A stretch of DNA of 64,000 nucleotides, from positions 480,001 to 544,000 of the forward strand of contig CAWFXA010000003.1 of NCBI GenBank assembly GCA_963819655.1, read 5' to 3'. Below the pieces are notes generated by a model. That model was not told where the DNA came from. It worked only from the letters and a program-made list of their open reading frames with translations, and did not search any database. The stretch is from an uncultured Chloroflexia bacterium (GTDB taxonomy: Bacteria > Chloroflexota > Limnocylindria > Limnocylindrales > CSP1-4). The position numbers and the translations under genes were made by a program. Positions 60,769 through 64,000 of the stretch are shown in pieces (the first letter of the stretch is position 1; every line of letters begins with the position of its first letter).

Positions 60769-63020
60769 CGACCGAAGCAGTCGCCCCGCCCCCGCCGCCC
60801 GAGCCCAAGACCTCGCCGCACGCCGCGCTGCGGGTCGAGGACCTGTCGCTGGCCTACGTCGTGCGCGGCATCCAGCGGCCTGTCCTGCGCGGCGTGACGT
60901 TCGACATCAAGCCGGGCGAGTCGTACGGGCTTGTCGGTGAGTCGGGCTGCGGCAAGTCGACGACGGCGTACGCCGCTCTCCGCTACCTGCCGCGCAATGC
61001 CGTGATCACCGGCGGCCGGATCCTCGTCGGCGGCGACGACATCACGCGCATGAACGACGAGCAGGTTCGCAAGTTCCGGACCAACCAGGCGTCGATGGTG
61101 TATCAGGATCCCGGCGCCGCGCTGAATCCGACGACGAAGGCCGGCCCCCAGGTCGCCGAGGCCTACACCGTCCTCGGCGAGAGCCCGAAGCAGGCTCGCG
61201 AGAGCGCGCTTGCGGCGCTGCGCCGCGTCCAGATCGCGGATCCCGAGCGGGTCTACCAGCGCTACCCGCACCAGCTGTCGGGCGGCATGCAGCAGCGCAT
61301 CGTCATCGCGATCGCGCTCGCCAGCAACCCGAAGCTGCTGGTCCTCGACGAGCCCACGACCGGTCTCGATGCGACCGTCGAGGCGAGCGTCCTCGACCTC
61401 GTGCGCTCGCTCGTGGCCGAGATGGACGCCGCGGTGCTGCTGATCGCCCACAACCTGGGCGTCATCCGCACGATGTGCGACCGGGTCGGCGTGATGTACG
61501 CGGGCAAGATCGTCGAGGAAGGCAACGCGATCGCGGTGTTCGAGCGGCCGCAGCACCCGTACACGGTCGGGCTGCTCCAGTCATTGCCGCGCCACGGTAT
61601 CCGCAAGTCGGAGCGCCCCCTCGCCACGATCCCGGGGACGCTGCCGCAGATCGGCACACCGCTCCCGACGTGCGTCTACGTCGATCGCTGCCCGCTCGCG
61701 ACCGACCTGTGCCGCGAGGTCATCCCGCCGGTCGTCGAGGTGGGCAACGGTCAATGGACGCGCTGCCACCACTGGGAACGGATCGGCGAGATCAAGGCCC
61801 CGCCGCCTGGTGTCGGCCAGGCGGCCGTGCCCCAGGGAGACGTGGCGCTCAACGTGGGAAACGTGTCGAAGACGTTCCGCTCGTCGGGCCACGCCATCCC
61901 GGCGGTCGTCGGGATCGACCTCCAGCTCCACGGTGGCGAGACGCTCGGCCTGGTCGGCGAGTCTGGTTCTGGCAAGTCGACGCTGGCGAAGACGATCCTC
62001 GGCATCGAGAGCCCCGATGCCGGCGGCCACATGGAGCTCGATGACCACCAGCTCGCGGCGCAGTCGGCCGGCCGGCCGACGAAGGACAAGCGATCGATCC
62101 AGATGGTGTTCCAGAACCCCGATTCGGCCCTCAACCGCGGCTGGACAGCGCGCAGCATCCTGGCCCGCTCCGTGACCAAGCTGACCGGTCTCAAGGGCAA
62201 GGCGGTGAACGACCGTGTCGACAAGCTGGCCGCCTCACTCCGGCTGACCCAGCGCCACCTCGACCTCAAGCCGCGCCAGCTGTCGGGCGGTCTCAAGCAG
62301 CGCGTGGCGATCGCCCGGGCGTTCGCCGGCGACCCGCGCATCGTCGTCGCCGACGAGCCGACCAGCGCGCTCGACGTGTCGGTCCAGGCCGCGATCCTCA
62401 ACGTGCTGTCCGAGCTCCAGGCGCAGAGCCGCACGAGCTACCTGTTGATCTCGCACGACCTCGGGGTCGTCCGCTACCTGGCCGACCGGATCGCGGTGAT
62501 GTACCTCGGCCGGATCATGGAGGTGGGCGAGTCGGAGGCCGTGTTCCGCGGCCCCAACCACCCGTACACGGAAGCGCTGCTGTCCGCGGTCCCGAACCTC
62601 GACGGCGAGATGCGCGCCCGGGTCCGGCTCGGCGGCGAGGTGCCGAGCCCGGCCAACCCGCCGTCCGGCTGCGTCTTCCACACGCGATGTCCGCGGGTGA
62701 TCCCGGGCCTGTGCGAGGTGACCGAGCCGCCCCTCGCGGAGGTGGAGCCGGGGCACCTGATGAGCTGCCACATCCCGTTCGAGGAGCTGCGCCGCCTCCA
62801 GGCGAAGGCCGTGCAGGAGGACGTCGTCGTTGACCACGCCCGAGGAGTCGCTAGCGGGAGAAGGTCTCCAGCAGTAGCGCCACGAACCGTGCGGCATCGG
62901 CGTCGAGCGCGACGAACGCGTTCGGCGGCTGTCCGAACCGGTCGTGCAGGTCCATCACCGTCCGCCCGACCGTCAGCTCGCCGCGGGTCTCGACGTCGAC
63001 TCGTGCCGGCCTGCCGCTGA
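60765..63020 (+). CDS. Fused double ABC ATPase (OppD/OppF-like); true stop possibly near 62854
   Basis: Two GESGxGKS Walker A, two LSGG signatures, DEPT, HPYT and Cys-rich oligopeptide-transporter tails; long overlap with the opposite gene suggests an indel. Confidence 0.9.
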   Translation: MTTEAVAPPPPPEPKTSPHAALRVEDLSLAYVVRGIQRPVLRGVTFDIKPGESYGLVGESGCGKSTTAYAALRYLPRNAVITGGRILVGGDDITRMNDEQVRKFRTNQASMVYQDPGAALNPTTKAGPQVAEAYTVLGESPKQARESALAALRRVQIADPERVYQRYPHQLSGGMQQRIVIAIALASNPKLLVLDEPTTGLDATVEASVLDLVRSLVAEMDAAVLLIAHNLGVIRTMCDRVGVMYAGKIVEEGNAIAVFERPQHPYTVGLLQSLPRHGIRKSERPLATIPGTLPQIGTPLPTCVYVDRCPLATDLCREVIPPVVEVGNGQWTRCHHWERIGEIKAPPPGVGQAAVPQGDVALNVGNVSKTFRSSGHAIPAVVGIDLQLHGGETLGLVGESGSGKSTLAKTILGIESPDAGGHMELDDHQLAAQSAGRPTKDKRSIQMVFQNPDSALNRGWTARSILARSVTKLTGLKGKAVNDRVDKLAASLRLTQRHLDLKPRQLSGGLKQRVAIARAFAGDPRIVVADEPTSALDVSVQAAILNVLSELQAQSRTSYLLISHDLGVVRYLADRIAVMYLGRIMEVGESEAVFRGPNHPYTEALLSAVPNLDGEMRARVRLGGEVPSPANPPSGCVFHTRCPRVIPGLCEVTEPPLAEVEPGHLMSCHIPFEELRRLQAKAVQEDVVVDHARGVASGRRSPAVAPRTVRHRRRARRTRSAAVRTGRAGPSPSARPSARRGSRRRLVPACR

Positions 63021-63804
63021 CGACCGCCGGATCGATGAGGTAGGCGACGCACAGCGCGTCATGGACGGGTGCGGTGCCGACGGTGTCCATCGGCTGGAGG
63101 TCGTCGTAGGCGACGATCCTGTCCTCGATGAACGTGGCGGCCGCCACGCCGGCCGGCGTTCCGGTCTCGCGCAGCCGTCGGCAATCGTCGACGGACACAA
63201 GGGCCCGGTGCGTCGCATCGAGCGGGATCAGGGTGAGGTTCACCAGCCCGGCTCGTAGGACGACCTGTGCCGCCTCCGGATCGACCCAGATGTTGAACTC
63301 GGCGGAGGGCGTCGTGTTCCCGGACTCGTGGGCGCCGCCCATGATAACGGTGCGCGGGATCCGCTCGACGATCCGCGGCTCGAGGCGGATGGCGAGCGCG
63401 ATGTTGGTGAGCGGCCCGACCGGCACCAGCACGATCTCGTCGGTCGCGGCGAGATACGTCTCGATCAGGAACTCGGCGGCATGCCGCGTGTGCTTGACGG
63501 ACCTCGGCCGCGGGATCGGCAGCTCGCGTGGGTGCATGCTGCCGCCGCGGTGGAGGATCTCGCGCGGGATCGGGAAGTCGTCGCGGAGCAGCGCGCTCGC
63601 CGCGCCCTCGTAGACCGGGATGTCGACACCGAGCAGGTCGAACACACGCAGCGTGTTGTCGGTGCAGGCCGCGACCGGGTTGTTGCCGTTGACGGTGGTC
63701 GCCGCGACGAGCTCGAGGTCGGGGTGGAGCACCGCCAGCATCAACGCGATCGCATCGTCGGTGCCGGTGTCGACGTCGAGGATCAGCTTGGTGGCGGCAC
63801 CCAC
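62851..63804 (-). CDS. Nucleoside hydrolase (IU-NH family)
   Basis: DVDTGTDD, GPLTNIA, MGG, AEFNIWVDPEAA, PLD, HD. Confidence 0.93.
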   Translation of the reverse strand: MGAATKLILDVDTGTDDAIALMLAVLHPDLELVAATTVNGNNPVAACTDNTLRVFDLLGVDIPVYEGAASALLRDDFPIPREILHRGGSMHPRELPIPRPRSVKHTRHAAEFLIETYLAATDEIVLVPVGPLTNIALAIRLEPRIVERIPRTVIMGGAHESGNTTPSAEFNIWVDPEAAQVVLRAGLVNLTLIPLDATHRALVSVDDCRRLRETGTPAGVAAATFIEDRIVAYDDLQPMDTVGTAPVHDALCVAYLIDPAVVSGRPARVDVETRGELTVGRTVMDLHDRFGQPPNAFVALDADAARFVALLLETFSR

Positions 63805-63817
63805 GCTCGGCGGGCGC

Positions 63818-64000
63818 CTAGACGTCGGAGTCGGGGAAGCTCGCCCGCCGCCGGTCCATCCACTCGACGAGCTCCTCATGGATGCCTTCGTCGAGCGGCG
63901 GCTGCTCGTACCCCGCGAGACGGCGCTTCCATGCCGCGTTGGCGCGCGTCGCGGCGTCCTGGGCGCCGTTGAGCTCCCATTGTTCGAAGCTGTTGTTGTC
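63818..64000 (-). CDS. C-terminal end of trimethylamine methyltransferase (MttB superfamily) protein; partial
   Basis: Manual translation DNNSFEQWELNGAQDAATRANAAWKRRLAGYEQPPLDEGIHEELVEWMDRRRASFPDSDV*. Confidence 0.75.
   Translation of the reverse strand, partial: DNNSFEQWELNGAQDAATRANAAWKRRLAGYEQPPLDEGIHEELVEWMDRRRASFPDSDV

Overview
High-GC bacterial chromosomal window. Gene content and protein style suggest Chloroflexota, Limnocylindria/Ellin6529-like (inference only). It is mostly housekeeping genes: cysS; tRNA-Val(GAC), a Thr T-box and thrS-infC-rpmI-rplT-pheS-pheT-cvpA-mpg-mutS2; a class A PBP; tyrS; yerC-hisC; an EF-G paralog; yebC-ruvC-ruvA, ruvB-tgt, recA-recX; rny-ymdB-PHP; terC; miaB; a peptide ABC transporter; a nucleoside hydrolase; and the end of an MttB-family methyltransferase. 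The main accessory feature is a ~4.1 kb decayed integrative element (14446-18575) in tRNA-Val. It duplicates the 5' half of the tRNA, retains integrase and probable capsid remnants, and its cargo genes are separated by a dispersed ~55-bp hairpin repeat. Other points of note: two candidate structured RNAs (upstream of the tRNA fragment and upstream of rny), a TGT with queuine-type specificity residues, a coupled SBP-metallopeptidase-2xDUF881 operon, several unannotated small proteins, and many apparently leaderless promoters. Numerous single-base frameshifts in conserved genes most likely reflect assembly indels.
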